A stretch of 64,000 bases of DNA from positions 715-64,714 of the forward strand of contig CAVVMJ010000003.1 in the NCBI GenBank assembly GCA_963749445.1. The letters run 5' to 3'. Of this stretch, positions 31,482-41,631 are shown piece after piece. The position numbers and the translations under genes are program-made. Numbering within the stretch: position 1 is the stretch's first letter; each line of letters opens with the position of its first letter. The DNA is from an uncultured bacterium (GTDB taxonomy: Bacteria > Patescibacteriota > Doudnabacteria > UBA920). Under the pieces are notes generated by a model, which ran no database searches, was not told the DNA's origin, and saw only the letters and a list, made by a program, of their open reading frames with translations.

Positions 31482-33233
31482 ATGACCGATTTCGTCCAAA
31501 ATTTCATAGCCTACTGCAGGCAGGTTTACCAAGGATTTAAGCAGATCAAAAACTTTCGCCTTTCCCATTTGCGGAAAGTTTTTTCTTTATTGGACAAGCG
31601 CGAAAAAATCGCCGTCGTCATCCTGGCCCTGCTCGCAGTAACGAATTTGTACCTGTCCCTGCGCAATGTTTATTACAAATATACCGTCTTGGCACCCTCA
31701 AGCGGCGGAAGCTTCAACGAAGGCTTAATCGGCCAGCCGGTATACATCAATCCCCTACTGGCCAGCCAGGATCCGGATCTGTCGCTGACCAAACTGGTCT
31801 TTTCGGGTTTGTACAAATATAACCCAAGCGGACGTTTGACTCCGGATTTGGCCGACGGCCAGCCAACAATTTCGGCCGACCAAAAACAATACACCGTCAA
31901 CCTCAAAAAAAACGTCAAATGGCATAATGGGAAAACTCTGACGGCTGACGACGTCATTTTCACCATCCAAACTTTAAAAGACCCGGCCTTCAAAAGCCCT
32001 TTGCGCAATTTATGGCTGTCCACTGACGTGGAAAAACTGTCCGATTATTCGGTCAAGTTTACGACCAAAGACGTTTCCGGGCCGTTTATGCAAAACCTGA
32101 CCCTGCCGATTTTGCCCCAGGCCGTTTGGGGACAGGTTGATTCACAAAATTTTTTGCTTTCGGAACATAACTTAAAGGCCGTGGGTACCGGACCGTACGC
32201 GGTCAAAGAAATCAAAAAACTGGCCGGCGGCAAGGTTGACCAAATTACTTTGGAAGCCTTTGCCGACTATTACCAAGGCCAGCCGAAAATCAGCGCCGTG
32301 GTTGTCAAATTTTACGACAATGAAACCGACGCCGCAAACGCCCTGCACAGCCGCGAAATCAAAGGGTATGGTTTTGTCGCCTTGGGCAGCGCCTTAAATT
32401 TGGACGGGGAACAAAAAAACCTGCAAGTTTTCAGCCTGCCGCTGCCCCAATACCAAGTTGTCTTTTTTAATTTGAATAACAAAATTTTGGCCGATGGCAA
32501 CGTCAGGCAGGCCTTAACCGAGGCTACCGACCGCCGCCGGATAATCCGCGATGTCTTTAACGGCCAGGCGCTTTTGCCCACTTCTCCCCTGCTGATTATG
32601 CAGGGACTGAGCGCCAGCCCCCAAACCGCCCAGCCTGACCTTGACGCGGCAGCCAAACTTTTGGACGACGACGGCTGGAAAATCGATCCGACAACCCAAA
32701 TCAGGACAAAAAACAAGCAGCCACTGGCGCTGAACTTTGTCACCAACGATTTTTTGCTCAACTCCAAAGCGGCCGAAGATTTGGCCGCCCAGTGGCGGGC
32801 TTTGAATATTACGGTTAATTTTTCCGTTTTGCCGACCCAGGACCTGATGGACAAAGCCGTCCGCCCGCGTAACTTTGACGTTTTGCTCTATCCGGAAAAA
32901 TTCAACGCCGACCCGGACCCGTTCGCGTTTTGGCACAGCAGCCAAATTAAAGATCCGGGATTTAATTTAACCGGCTTTTCGGATCCCAACGTGGACAAGC
33001 TGATTACCCAGGCGCGCGCCACCGTGGATCAAAACGCGCGCCAGCAGATTTACCAACAGCTGGACCAGATTATTGGTTCCAAAAACGCCGTTATTTTGCT
33101 GGACCAGGCAGTATATGTTTACGCTTTGGACGATGAAATAAAAAATGTTGGCCTCAAAACCCTGTACGACCCGAGCCAAAGGTTTTATGACATCGGCAAC
33201 TGGTATGTTGACCAGGCGAGGGTGTGGAAATAA
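31482..33233 (+). CDS. Peptide ABC transporter substrate-binding protein (family 5)
   Basis: INPL, PDLA, KWHNG..LTADDV.FT, GTGPY. Confidence 0.88.
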   Translation: MTDFVQNFIAYCRQVYQGFKQIKNFRLSHLRKVFSLLDKREKIAVVILALLAVTNLYLSLRNVYYKYTVLAPSSGGSFNEGLIGQPVYINPLLASQDPDLSLTKLVFSGLYKYNPSGRLTPDLADGQPTISADQKQYTVNLKKNVKWHNGKTLTADDVIFTIQTLKDPAFKSPLRNLWLSTDVEKLSDYSVKFTTKDVSGPFMQNLTLPILPQAVWGQVDSQNFLLSEHNLKAVGTGPYAVKEIKKLAGGKVDQITLEAFADYYQGQPKISAVVVKFYDNETDAANALHSREIKGYGFVALGSALNLDGEQKNLQVFSLPLPQYQVVFFNLNNKILADGNVRQALTEATDRRRIIRDVFNGQALLPTSPLLIMQGLSASPQTAQPDLDAAAKLLDDDGWKIDPTTQIRTKNKQPLALNFVTNDFLLNSKAAEDLAAQWRALNITVNFSVLPTQDLMDKAVRPRNFDVLLYPEKFNADPDPFAFWHSSQIKDPGFNLTGFSDPNVDKLITQARATVDQNARQQIYQQLDQIIGSKNAVILLDQAVYVYALDDEIKNVGLKTLYDPSQRFYDIGNWYVDQARVWK

Positions 33234-33352
33234 AAGCCGCGGATCTACTCGCGGATGGCGACGCGGATCACACGCGGAGTGTAGGGGCGGATAGTATCCG
33301 CCCGCGATGGATTGATGTTTGGGTGACAAAATGATAAAATGATTTATGGTTT

Positions 33353-33557
33353 GCCCAGGTGGCGGAACTTGGTATATTTACCCCGCACAGTTGGGGCCGC
33401 GGTGGTGGAATTGGCATACACGTACGTTTCAGGTACGTATGGGAGCAATCCCGTGAGGGTTCAAGTCCCTCCCGCGGCACCACTTGTGCGGGGCACGCAC
33501 GTTTCAGGTACGTGTGGGAGCAATCCCGTGGAGGTTCGAGTCCTCTCCTGTACACCA
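33353..33557 (+). tRNA. Interrupted/degenerate outer tRNA-Leu(CAG): 33353-33376 joined to 33494-33557
   Basis: 5' half GCCCAGGTGGCGGAACTTGGTATA. 3' half has anticodon arm, variable arm, T arm and CCA. Two acceptor-stem mismatches and one D-stem mismatch. Confidence 0.6.
33396..33482 (+). tRNA. tRNA-Leu(CAG), intact, nested
   Basis: Perfect GCCGCGG/CCGCGGC acceptor stem, TTCAGGT loop, long variable arm, CCA. Confidence 0.96.
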
Positions 33558-33603
33558 ATAACTTTAATAGTTTATTAAAAATCCCTTATATCTAAGCCTT
33601 CCG

Positions 33604-33632
33604 TTGACAAAAAAATCAACCTGTGATATAAT
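33604..33632 (+). promoter_or_regulatory. Consensus sigma70 promoter upstream of rnj
   Basis: TTGACA-17-TATAAT. Confidence 0.8.
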
Positions 33633-33894
33633 ATATACACAAGATAAAATTTCCCCGGAAACCCAAAACCATAAGTTAACAAATAAAAGTTAAAAAAGCT
33701 TTTTTAATTTTTATTTGTTAATTGCGCATCCGCAAGGCAGTCGGCCGAACAAGCCACTACTGCGGTAAAATCAACAAACCTTTGTTGGCAAACGAGCCAA
33801 CGTGATAGGAATTATATTATTTATTGGCTTACGAGCGCATTAAGCCAGGAAAGTTTTTATTATAGATAGATAGATTTCTATCTAAAAAGAAAAT

Positions 33895-35713
33895 ATGACG
33901 AGACGACATTCATCTCACCACCAGCGGCCCCAGGTGCCGCAACCGCCCCCGGGCCACGATCGTTTAGATATGCTTATTAACAAAGCCACGTCTTTGGGCG
34001 GACAAAATATGGCGGCCGCGACCAGCCCCTATACCGCCTCGCGACAAAACCTGCGCGTCATCCCCATGGGCGGGATTGAGGAAGTTGGGGAAAATATGAC
34101 CGTGCTGGAATACGGCAACGACTTGATTGTAATTGATATGGGTCTGGCTTTTCCGGACGATACCATGCCGGGCATTGACTATATTATTCCGGACACCAAA
34201 TGGCTGGAAGAAAACAGGCGGCGCATCCGCGGCGTCATAATTACGCACGGCCACTTGGACCACATTGGCGCCGCACCTTACATTCTGCCCAAGCTCGGCG
34301 ACCCGCCGGTCTACACTATGGCCTTAACCGCGGGCTTCATTAAAAAACGTTTGGAAGAATTTAATTTGCTTGGCCGTTCCAAAATTAACGTTTTAACCAA
34401 AGACGACGTGGTGGCTTTGGGCAATTTCAAAATCCGGTTTTTCCGCATTAACCACAGTATCCCGGACAGCATGGGCCTGTGCATTACCACGCCGGTCGGG
34501 CAGGTCATCTACGTGACAGACTGGAAATTTGACCACACGCCGGCAGACGGCAAGCCCACGGAGTTTGATAAAATCGCCAAATTCGGCGCCGAAGGCGTTC
34601 TGCTTTTAATGTCCGATTCCACCAATGCCATCAAGCCCGGCTACTGCATTTCCGAACGCGAAATCGGCCTGACCATAGACCGCACGTTTAGTGATATTAA
34701 AGGCAGAATAATTTTTGCCAACTTCAGCACCAACATTTCTCGTATCCAGCAGGTGTTTGACGCCGCGGCCAAATACAACCGCAAAGTCATTGTCACGGGA
34801 CGATCATTGGTCAACAACATTGAAATCGCGCTGTCTTTGGGCTACCTAAAAATTCAGCCCAAAATTATCATTAAATCCGAACAGGCCAAAAAATTTCCCG
34901 ACAACCAAATCGTGATTTTGACCACCGGCAGTCAGGGTGAGGAAGCGGCCGGACTGGCGCGCATTGCCCGCGGCGACCACAAAACCGTTAAAATCAAAAA
35001 AGGCGACACGGCCATTATTTCCGCCTCCCCCATTCCGGGCAACGAACGCGCCGTGGCCGTGGTGATGTCTAACTTAACCCGGTTAGGCGCCCACGTAATT
35101 TACAACAAGATGTTGGACATCCACACTTCGGGCCACGCCCACCAGGAAGAATTAAAATTGATGATGGCGCTGACCAAGCCCAAATTCTTTATGCCTATCC
35201 ACGGCGAACACCATATGATCGTCACCCACGCGGACTTGGCCAGAGGCATGGGCATTCCGGACGACCGAATTTTCACGCTGGACAACGGCCAAATTCTGGA
35301 GATGAATTCCGCGCAGCGAAGCCAAAGTCGTGGAAGATCCCAAAATCTCCAGCGGCTACGTGTTTATTGACGGCTTGGGCGTCGGCGACGTGGGCGAAGT
35401 CGTCATCCGCGACCGGCAGGTTATGGCCCAGGACGGAATGTTTGTGATAATAATGACCCTTGATAGGCGCAACGGCAAACTCGTTAACCAGCCGGACATT
35501 ATTTCCCGAGGCTTCATTTATATGAAAGGCAACGACGATTTGATCCGCGAAGTCAAACACGAAGTGCGCAAGCTCTTGGAAAGCAAAGGCAAGGAAAAAC
35601 TGGAACCCAACTGGGCCTACCTGCGCAACGTCATCCGCGATGAGATTGGGGAATACCTGTACCAAAAAACGGAGCGCAGGCCAATGGTATTACCTGTCGT
35701 CATCGAAGTGTAG
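33895..35713 (+). CDS. rnj: Ribonuclease J (frameshift near 35310)
   Basis: THGHLDHIG, HSIPD, HTSGH. The C-terminal RRPMVLPVVIEV is in the second ORF. Confidence 0.95.
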
Positions 35714-35775
35714 TTGGCCGATTTATCGGCTGTCTAGAACCTCGCCGACAATCATAAAAGTCTAAACACATATCT

Positions 35776-35805
35776 AAAATTCCGTCCCTACAAGGGACGG
35801 AATTT
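35776..35805. terminator. Bidirectional terminator-like hairpin
   Basis: AAAATTCCGTCCCT-ACA-AGGGACGGAATTTT between convergent genes. Confidence 0.7.
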
Positions 35806-35830
35806 TTATTATCAACAATTGCCTGTTATC

Positions 35831-38674
35831 CTACAGCAGCCTACCTAAATGAGAATCTATCAGCCTTTTTGTATCCATCCGGCAAATTTCCATCAAAGCT
35901 CCAAATCCAAGCTGGCTGTTGTTTTTAAAAGTCTTTTCGGACACTACAATATACTCCCATTCTTTCGGTTGATTTTCAATATTTACTTTACCCGCCGTCT
36001 GACACCAGCTTAACGCCGCCTTGGCTTTCAAAGCCACTAAATGTTTTTGATCTTCAACCGCTTCCCTCATTTCATCTTCCGCTTTCGTTTCCACAATATA
36101 CATTTTTTCTTTTGTCTTTACCACAAAATCCGGAAAATAACTCCGCTTTATGCCAAACCTGTCGCGGTAAGCTATGTTTAAGCTGTGTTTTCTTTCCTGC
36201 AATTTCGCAAAACTTTCCACTTCCGCCGAAACATTCAAAATGTTATCAATCAATAATTTCTCAAATCCTTCGCCTTTTCTGGAATATCCTTGTTTGGGAT
36301 AAATACACCTCACGGCCGGCGAAGACAAAGACTCGCGCAGATAAATTTTCAACACTTCGCTCACTTTACCAAAATTTCCTGCCGATATTTCGTATTTTAA
36401 ATCGCCAATCATTTCTACAATTTTATTTCTGACATTAGACACAGCGAAATCAAACACATCTGTGTAATTTAAGACCGTATTATTTTCCGGCAAAGTAAAA
36501 TCAATTTTTCCCCCAAAAAGCCTATTTGTCGCGTACTCGTCCAAAATACCCATAATATCCGCTATCTGGCCGGTAAGCGCCTGAGTTTTCCTGTCCATAG
36601 CCACAGCTTTGGCCGCCTGCCTCAAAAAATAATTATAATCAAAATACTCATTTTCCAATTTCCAGGTTTTTAATTTTCCGCCAGTCAGCGAATAAGTCGT
36701 GGTAACCGAAACTTGGGAAAGCTGTTTTTTCAGCATTCCAAAATCAGTTTTATACTTTGGCAAAGACATCAGGTCAATGCCGGATAAATCAATTTTCGGC
36801 GACTGGTCAAAAACCTGCAAGGGCCATAAAATATCAAACTTTAATATTCTCTCCGGCGTTGCCTCTACCAGAACCATGTCACCTGTCGCGGCGGTTTGCG
36901 TGCTGTCGCCTATGCCAATGGCATAACCCTGTTTTCTTAATTCTTCGTAAAATTGCCTGAACTGCGGATGTTCTACCACAAACAAAAAATCAAAAGAATT
37001 ATTTGGCGGACGATTTTCCCAAATATCTTTAGCCGCCTCATCTTTAAAACTTTTTAGTTCCGGATATCTATATTCCGGAAACATTAGCCGGATGCCGCGG
37101 CCAACAACTTGTTCAAGAAGCAAATTCGCCTCGGCTTTGCGCAACACCACAATTACCGCCACGTTCTGGGTATCAAAACCCTCGCGCAACATAAGCACGC
37201 TCACCACTATACGAATCGGATTCATTTCTTCCGGCTCGTCCAATGTTTCCAGCTTGCGATGATATTGGTTCCATTCTTCTTCGGACATATCCCCTTTTTT
37301 ATCCGAATGGATGGTCAAAATTTGCCCCTTATAGCTTCTGCCCAATTCATCCGTTAAATTTCCCAAATGTTCGTCAATTCTGTTCGCGACATCGTTGCTT
37401 TCCGCCATAACAAACAAAACCGGCTTTTTGTTTAATTGCTTTTCCCTGAATTCATGGGCTATCTGCTCCATTTTCTTGCGGCCAATGTCCAAAAGCAATT
37501 TTTGGCTGACCGAAAGTCCCAAAATTTCCCCGCGCTTATGGTCGCCTTCCGCCTCTCCCCGTTCCGCGCGCATGTCCAACTCTTCCAGTTTCTCTCCTGC
37601 CATAGACTGTCGCTCTTCCAAAAATATCTGCTTGACCAGCATGGCTTTCATCGCTTTTGCCAAATCAAAATCGTATACAATATGGGAAAAGTATTCTTTT
37701 TTCTCGTTGCTTCCGTAAAACGGCGTGGCGGAAAAATCTATCTGCAAAAATACCCCGCGTTCCCGCTTGTGACGTTCGCCAATCCGCTCATAAAGCACGT
37801 CCATAAACCTGCGCCACACCAAATCTTCGCCTTTGGCATTTTTATTGCCGTGAACGTGGTGCGCTTCGTCGTTAAATATTACAAGATCGGGATATTCCGC
37901 CAAGAAATCCGCGATAATTTCCCCGCGCGGCTGTTCTTCCAAATCTTCGCCGGTTAATTGTTCCCAAAGGTTCGCGTTTTCCTTTAGCCTAAATTGCTGC
38001 CAATTGGTAATAAAAACAAATGGCTCATCCGGCGCGGTAAAATTGGCGCGAATCTCGTTTGGCTCCAGCACTAAAAGATTAAAACGATTTTTATACCTCT
38101 CGCCTTCGGGCAAAAACAAACCGCTGTATAAATCCGATTTTGCTTTTTCCCGATTTCCGGTTTTCGCGTCATGCTTGCCTTTAAACATATCTAAAAGCCT
38201 GCTCAATACCTCGTGACCGGGCGCTACCAGCAAAAAATGGCCGGAATATTTTTTATGTTCATTATTGTAAAGCGCGTTAAAATATTGCCATACCAAAAGC
38301 GCGGCCAAAATCCAGGTCTTGCCCGTACCAGTTGCCATCTTCAAACAATATTTGGCAAAAGGAATTTTGCCGACTTCCTCGCTTAAGGCCGCGCTTTGCT
38401 CTAAAACTTCCGGCGCGAATTTTTCATACGCCTCTTTAAGGGTTTTTATGCCTAAAACTTCGTGGCAATAAATAATAGTTTCTATGGCCTGTTTTTGGCA
38501 GTCATAAAATTTTAAACCCTCGTCTTCGCTCCTGTTAAACCAAAAAGATAGCAAATCGTAAGTCGTCTGGCTTGCGCCCTGCCAGCCCATTTGCGCCCAC
38601 GACTTAACTTCACTTTCCAACCCTTTTACCAACGGCAATTCGTTCAACAAATTGTTAGATGTTGATTTCGCCAT
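35831..38674 (-). CDS. res: Type III restriction enzyme Res subunit
   Basis: ATGTGKT, DEAHH, SATP, LREGFD, QVVGRGIR; C-terminal PDF...ETK nuclease. Confidence 0.88.
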   Translation of the reverse strand: MAKSTSNNLLNELPLVKGLESEVKSWAQMGWQGASQTTYDLLSFWFNRSEDEGLKFYDCQKQAIETIIYCHEVLGIKTLKEAYEKFAPEVLEQSAALSEEVGKIPFAKYCLKMATGTGKTWILAALLVWQYFNALYNNEHKKYSGHFLLVAPGHEVLSRLLDMFKGKHDAKTGNREKAKSDLYSGLFLPEGERYKNRFNLLVLEPNEIRANFTAPDEPFVFITNWQQFRLKENANLWEQLTGEDLEEQPRGEIIADFLAEYPDLVIFNDEAHHVHGNKNAKGEDLVWRRFMDVLYERIGERHKRERGVFLQIDFSATPFYGSNEKKEYFSHIVYDFDLAKAMKAMLVKQIFLEERQSMAGEKLEELDMRAERGEAEGDHKRGEILGLSVSQKLLLDIGRKKMEQIAHEFREKQLNKKPVLFVMAESNDVANRIDEHLGNLTDELGRSYKGQILTIHSDKKGDMSEEEWNQYHRKLETLDEPEEMNPIRIVVSVLMLREGFDTQNVAVIVVLRKAEANLLLEQVVGRGIRLMFPEYRYPELKSFKDEAAKDIWENRPPNNSFDFLFVVEHPQFRQFYEELRKQGYAIGIGDSTQTAATGDMVLVEATPERILKFDILWPLQVFDQSPKIDLSGIDLMSLPKYKTDFGMLKKQLSQVSVTTTYSLTGGKLKTWKLENEYFDYNYFLRQAAKAVAMDRKTQALTGQIADIMGILDEYATNRLFGGKIDFTLPENNTVLNYTDVFDFAVSNVRNKIVEMIGDLKYEISAGNFGKVSEVLKIYLRESLSSPAVRCIYPKQGYSRKGEGFEKLLIDNILNVSAEVESFAKLQERKHSLNIAYRDRFGIKRSYFPDFVVKTKEKMYIVETKAEDEMREAVEDQKHLVALKAKAALSWCQTAGKVNIENQPKEWEYIVVSEKTFKNNSQLGFGALMEICRMDTKRLIDSHLGRLL

Positions 38675-38675
38675 A

Positions 38676-40580
38676 TCAAATTTCAACCTCCAAAATTTTT
38701 GTCGCGTCATTGCCGAATATGTCAACCACACGCACCGCGACTTTCTTTTTCCCGCTTAACTTATAAATATTTTCGGCTTCCGTGCTCACCACTTTTGTCT
38801 TTCTGCCGTTGCCGCGCAGTTCCTGATAAAGAGATTTAAAAGTATGCCCGTCGTAATCCCAATCCACCGCCCAATAGTCTATAAGCACAGCAAAATTATT
38901 TTTTATCAACAACATAAGTTCAGTGCGCGACTCGTCCGCCTTTTTACCGCTGCCCAAAGGAAAATCTTCTACAATATAATTTTCTATTTTAATTTTCAGT
39001 TTTAACCCTTCAATTTCCGGTTTGGCAATTTTTAAATATGGCTTATTGAAAAACACCACTTTACCAACAAGCGGCTCCAAGTCGTCCTCGGTTTTTGCCT
39101 GTTTTAGATACTCGTAAATATCCGGCGGAATTTGTTTTGGGATAATTTCCAATTTAGTTTTTGCCGCTTTTTTTCTTTCGTTCAACAGTTCATCAAAATT
39201 GTATTCGTAATCCCAGCCCAAAAGAGTCAAATTCGCGAAACCTCCGCCCTGTAAATTTTCCGCTTCCTTGGCCAATTCTTCCGCCTTATGCGCCGCAATC
39301 GGCCTGTCCGGATAGCCGCAATACACCAATTCCATTTTGCCGTCCTCGGATTTTTTTACGCCCAAATCCTTGCGGTTTTCCATAATTTCCGCGCCGTAAA
39401 GCTTTAACACGATTTTTTGCATCTCATAAATCCGCCCTCCTCCCAAATAAATCATCTCCCTCTGATAATTCCCAATATTCTCCACCAAAAACGGTTTTGA
39501 TTTTTGTTCCACCAGTCTGCCACGCGCGACTTGAATACCAACTTTCCCTAGCTCACATCCAATCCATCGACGGTTTAAATTTTCAGCTACTGATATCGTT
39601 GTTCCTGAACCCAAGAAAAAATCTGCAACGATTCCATTTTCAGGGCACGACGCTTCAATTATTCTTTGCAAAAGTTTTTTTGGTTTCTGAGTTTGATATT
39701 CTATATATTCGGGCATTGCTGGATAAACTTGCGTAATCCTTGCCTCATCACTATCTATCCACGACCATACATCATCCATCTTTCTTCCTTCGTCAGCATA
39801 ATAACGATTTGCGTTATTGTTGCCGCTCATTCGATATTTCCTACCCTCTTCATCTGTAAACGGATAAATGGATAAGTCCTTAACCGGAACACGCACAGGG
39901 TTAAAATATCTGTTATCTCCTTTTGAATAACGAAAAATCATGTTGTGTTTTCGAGCAAAGTCTTTTTCAGGAGCGGTCCCAGCTTGAAAATGCCAAATTA
40001 TCTGATTCCTAAAATTTTCCTCTCCAAAAACCTCATCCATCATCACTTTTACATAATGCCCAACGTGCCAGTCCAAATGCGCGTAAATACTGCCATCTTC
40101 GGCCAAAAGGCGTTTCATTAGTTGCAAACGCGGGTAAAGCATATCCAAATAGCTGTCTGTGCCGCCAGCCCAGGTGTCTTTGTAGGCCAAGCGTTCTATT
40201 ACGCTCGGCTCTTTTACCAATTCCAAATCCGCCGATGTTTCAGAAACATCAGCCAGTTTGATTTTGTGCGAATAGTCCGCCTTGCTGTCAAACGGCGGAT
40301 CAATGTAAATTAAATTTATTTTGCCTTCGTACCCCTGGTTTAACAGTGCCTGCATTGCCAATAAATTGTCGCCCCAAATTAGGCGGTTCATTTTTTGCTT
40401 GTCCAATTCTTCTTCCCCGATTTTGCCGTCTGTAAAAGACAAAGGCAACTGGCCTCTGTGCTCGGGATTTGGCACCACCACTTCCGCGGTCTGGAATTCA
40501 ATATCCTTGGGGTTAGGCGCGCGCTTGGGTTTGGTATCCCAAACCAGCCGGGCCGAATCCCTTTTCCTGTTAGTATTCAT
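38676..40580 (-). CDS. mod: Type III adenine methyltransferase Mod subunit
   Basis: GDNL, IYIDPPF, TQKP, DFFLGSGT. Likely start MNTNRK at 40580. Confidence 0.9.
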   Translation of the reverse strand: MNTNRKRDSARLVWDTKPKRAPNPKDIEFQTAEVVVPNPEHRGQLPLSFTDGKIGEEELDKQKMNRLIWGDNLLAMQALLNQGYEGKINLIYIDPPFDSKADYSHKIKLADVSETSADLELVKEPSVIERLAYKDTWAGGTDSYLDMLYPRLQLMKRLLAEDGSIYAHLDWHVGHYVKVMMDEVFGEENFRNQIIWHFQAGTAPEKDFARKHNMIFRYSKGDNRYFNPVRVPVKDLSIYPFTDEEGRKYRMSGNNNANRYYADEGRKMDDVWSWIDSDEARITQVYPAMPEYIEYQTQKPKKLLQRIIEASCPENGIVADFFLGSGTTISVAENLNRRWIGCELGKVGIQVARGRLVEQKSKPFLVENIGNYQREMIYLGGGRIYEMQKIVLKLYGAEIMENRKDLGVKKSEDGKMELVYCGYPDRPIAAHKAEELAKEAENLQGGGFANLTLLGWDYEYNFDELLNERKKAAKTKLEIIPKQIPPDIYEYLKQAKTEDDLEPLVGKVVFFNKPYLKIAKPEIEGLKLKIKIENYIVEDFPLGSGKKADESRTELMLLIKNNFAVLIDYWAVDWDYDGHTFKSLYQELRGNGRKTKVVSTEAENIYKLSGKKKVAVRVVDIFGNDATKILEVEI

Positions 40581-40584
40581 TTGT

Positions 40585-40728
40585 TGTAGCTGAGGATTTA
40601 GTGCAGCTGGAAAACAAAAAGGGCCTCCCAACCGCGAGCAACACCTTTCGATGTTACTGCGTGCTTGCGCACGCACCTCAGCTACGAGTGCGGTTAAGAG
40701 ACCGTCCTTATGTAGCTGAGGTTTCAAC
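40585..40728 (-). ncRNA. Structured leader RNA candidate upstream of mod
   Basis: Two GNRA hairpins, two crossing long helices with G-U pairs, U-tract. Confidence 0.6.
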
Positions 40729-40949
40729 CATGTCCCGCCGAAGGCGGGGTTTAGGCTTTACCCGGGGTTTTACGCCCGGGGCAATATTCTCCGCCGGAGG
40801 CGGATCCGCCTTTGGTGGAAATTGTATTTTAATTATACTACAATTAAGCCAAAAATAAAACCGCCGGTTTTAAGCAAATTTTTTGCTTGCGCAGTTGACA
40901 AGTATATAACTACAAGTTATACTTTGGTTATACTATTAAAATTAAACCT

Positions 40950-41231
40950 ATGAACAGCCAGGTTATTTTTAAAATCGACAAAACTTTAAAACAAAGGGCT
41001 ATGAAGAGAGCCAAGCTGGAAGGCGTGCCTTTGGCTTTTGTCCTTAAAATGGCCACCCAAGCCTATGCCGACCGTAAAATGGATGTTGCCGTGGTCGCGG
41101 AGCCCAAGTTCAACTACAAAACCGACAAAGAGGTTAGACAGGCTTTAAAAGACATAAAGCGGGGGAAAAACCTATCCCCGGGCTTTACTAACGCCAAAGA
41201 TGCCATAGAGTACCTGGATACTCTAACATGA
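40950..41231 (+). CDS. RelB/DinJ-like antitoxin
   Basis: RHH-like N-terminus, ATGA overlap with the toxin, palindromic operator upstream. Confidence 0.78.
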   Translation: MNSQVIFKIDKTLKQRAMKRAKLEGVPLAFVLKMATQAYADRKMDVAVVAEPKFNYKTDKEVRQALKDIKRGKNLSPGFTNAKDAIEYLDTLT

Positions 41232-41488
41232 CAACGGTCTTTTACCACAAAACCTTCCGGAAAAAATATCCAAAAATGCCCAATTTTATTCAGCAAGCTT
41301 TCAAGGAACGGCTGAACATATTTTTGAACGACCCCTATCACCCGCTTTTGCACAATCACGATGTCAATAAAGCTTACCCTGGTTGCCAAAGCATAAATTT
41401 AAGCGGCGACTACCGAGCGATTTTTGAGCCGGGGAAAGGCTTTGTAAAATTTATTACTATTGGAAGCCACTCCGAACTTTACGGCTAA
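41228..41488 (+). CDS. RelE/YafQ-family mRNA interferase toxin
   Basis: L.NH....SINLSGDYRA.F...IGSHSELY. Confidence 0.85.
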   Translation: MTTVFYHKTFRKKYPKMPNFIQQAFKERLNIFLNDPYHPLLHNHDVNKAYPGCQSINLSGDYRAIFEPGKGFVKFITIGSHSELYG

Positions 41489-41631
41489 AACTCCCCTTTT
41501 GGGGAGTTTTTTGGTATAATACCTTTACCCGCCAAAACTTTGCGGGAAGCTATAAAAATTTTTGCTATTATTCTGTCTTGTCAATAATAATTAAGATTAC
41601 CCAATAAAATGGGCAAAGTTTAGGCGGGTTA

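Noticed and set aside
40581-40727. N-terminal extension of Mod in the ORF track; SAM-II riboswitch identity of the leader
   Set aside because: The extension is the structured leader read in frame. The resemblance to SAM-II (TTAACCG, GTAGCT) is partial and the topology does not match.
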